From Bacteroidota bacterium (GTDB lineage: Bacteria > Bacteroidota > Ignavibacteria > Kryptoniales > JAKASW01), in contig JAKAGT010000022.1 of the NCBI GenBank assembly GCA_021825585.1, positions 2,807 through 66,806 of the forward strand: DNA of 64,000 bases, read 5' to 3'. How positions within the stretch are numbered: position 1 is the stretch's first letter; the number at the start of each line of letters is the position of its first letter. The notes beneath the pieces were generated by a model. The model searched no databases and was not told the DNA's origin. It worked only from the letters and a program-made list of their open reading frames with translations. The position numbers and the translations under genes were made by a program. Positions 63,423-64,000 of the stretch are shown here, piece by piece.

Positions 63423-64000
63423 AAGGTCGTTCATCCTGATCATATCCATAATGATCGGTGTCATCGCCTTGCTGCTGACCGACGCCGTGTCGATCGGTAT
63501 GATGCAGCAGATGCTGACGAACCAGATCGGGGCTGACGCCGGGTATATACAAATTCACAAGAAGGGTTACCACGATGATCCCGCCCTCAAAAACTCCATC
63601 GCGAACACTGCGCCCGTTCGCGCAGCGCTGACGCGCGACGGCGGCTCCACTTCCTTTTCTGAACGGCTCCGCACTTTTGGCCTCGTAAGCAGCGCCTACA
63701 ATTCTTCCGGAGTTTCGATAGTCGGAATAATCCCCAGGGAAGAAGAGCGCATTACAACCGTACACGATTACATCGTGAAAGGGCATTACTTGTCGAATAA
63801 CCCCGGCGACGTCATAGTCAGTACTGCCACGGCGGAGAAACTCAAGGTCGGGTTGGGAGACAAGGTAGTGATAATGGCCTCCCGGATCGGCGGGAGTGTC
63901 GGCTCGGAAGCCTGTCGCGTCGTCGGGCTCTTCGAGACCTTCGATTCCGGTTTCGACCAGACACACGTCTACATTCCGCTTCCAACAGCGCAACAGATGC
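63379..64000 (+). CDS. LolC/E-like FtsX-family ABC permease, D-type, pair 2 (partial; continues past the right edge)
   Basis: Not in the ORF track because it has no stop in the window. My translation from ATG 63379 is MISRIAWRNILRNKRRSFILIISIMIGVIALLLTDAVSIGMMQQMLTNQIGADAGYIQIHKKGYHDDPALKNS...GLGDKVVIMASRIGGSVGSEACRVVGLFETFDSGFDQTHVYIPL, collinear with D1. The - strand ORF 63280..63993 is its antisense shadow. Confidence 0.85.
   Translation, partial: MISRIAWRNILRNKRRSFILIISIMIGVIALLLTDAVSIGMMQQMLTNQIGADAGYIQIHKKGYHDDPALKNSIANTAPVRAALTRDGGSTSFSERLRTFGLVSSAYNSSGVSIVGIIPREEERITTVHDYIVKGHYLSNNPGDVIVSTATAEKLKVGLGDKVVIMASRIGGSVGSEACRVVGLFETFDSGFDQTHVYIPLPTAQQM

Noticed and set aside
63280-63993. 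237-aa minus-strand ORF at the right edge
   Set aside because: It is antisense to the D2 permease, whose + strand translation is collinear with D1.
1-64000. Search for rRNA, tRNA, CRISPR arrays, IS elements, integrases, and prophage or plasmid genes
   Set aside because: None were found by eye. The only sizeable repeats are the paralogous permease genes and the 110-nt leader block, which lack terminal inverted repeats or transposase genes. tRNA detection by eye is unreliable, so tRNAscan-SE should confirm the absence.

Overview
The window is 64 kb of densely packed, mostly minus-strand bacterial chromosome. I found no rRNA, tRNA, CRISPR array, transposase or integrase. Gene content suggests a Gram-negative of the FCB (Bacteroidota / Ignavibacteriota / Chlorobi-like) type: FadL-type and TolC-type outer-membrane proteins, LolA-like proteins next to FtsX/MacB permeases, and a 31-aa hyper-basic microprotein. 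This lineage call is a guess from gene content, not a search result.

Housekeeping genes recognised by motif:
- purL (partial)
- cca
- wecB
- an EF-G paralog
- a TrpB2-type tryptophan synthase beta
- HU
- sppA
- mutS
- a UvrD-type helicase
- a ThyX-like protein

Observations that stand out:
1. A TolC / adaptor / single-ATPase efflux operon is followed by three tandem heteropairs of MacB-type permeases (6.5-18.2 kb).
2. An AmmeMemoRadiSam cluster (37.2-42.3 kb) has a twin-arginine motif on its radical SAM enzyme and a lipoprotein signal on its Memo::AMMECR1 fusion. It is translationally coupled to a polytopic spermidine-synthase-like protein.
3. Six genes are tightly coupled in the order mutS, HerA-like ATPase, GAF-PP2C phosphatase, tandem ThyX-like, orphan histidine kinase, UvrD-like helicase (42.4-53.0 kb).
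4. A TetR / LolA-like / (FtsX permease pair) x2+ array (57.7-64 kb) contains a hairpin-dense 306-nt intergenic region. It also contains a 110-nt block that is near-identical between the two permease-pair junctions, and phased heptamer repeats.

All functional calls rest on motifs I read in the supplied translations or translated myself. No database search, HMM or folding program was run. Identities quoted 'by eye' are not computed values.
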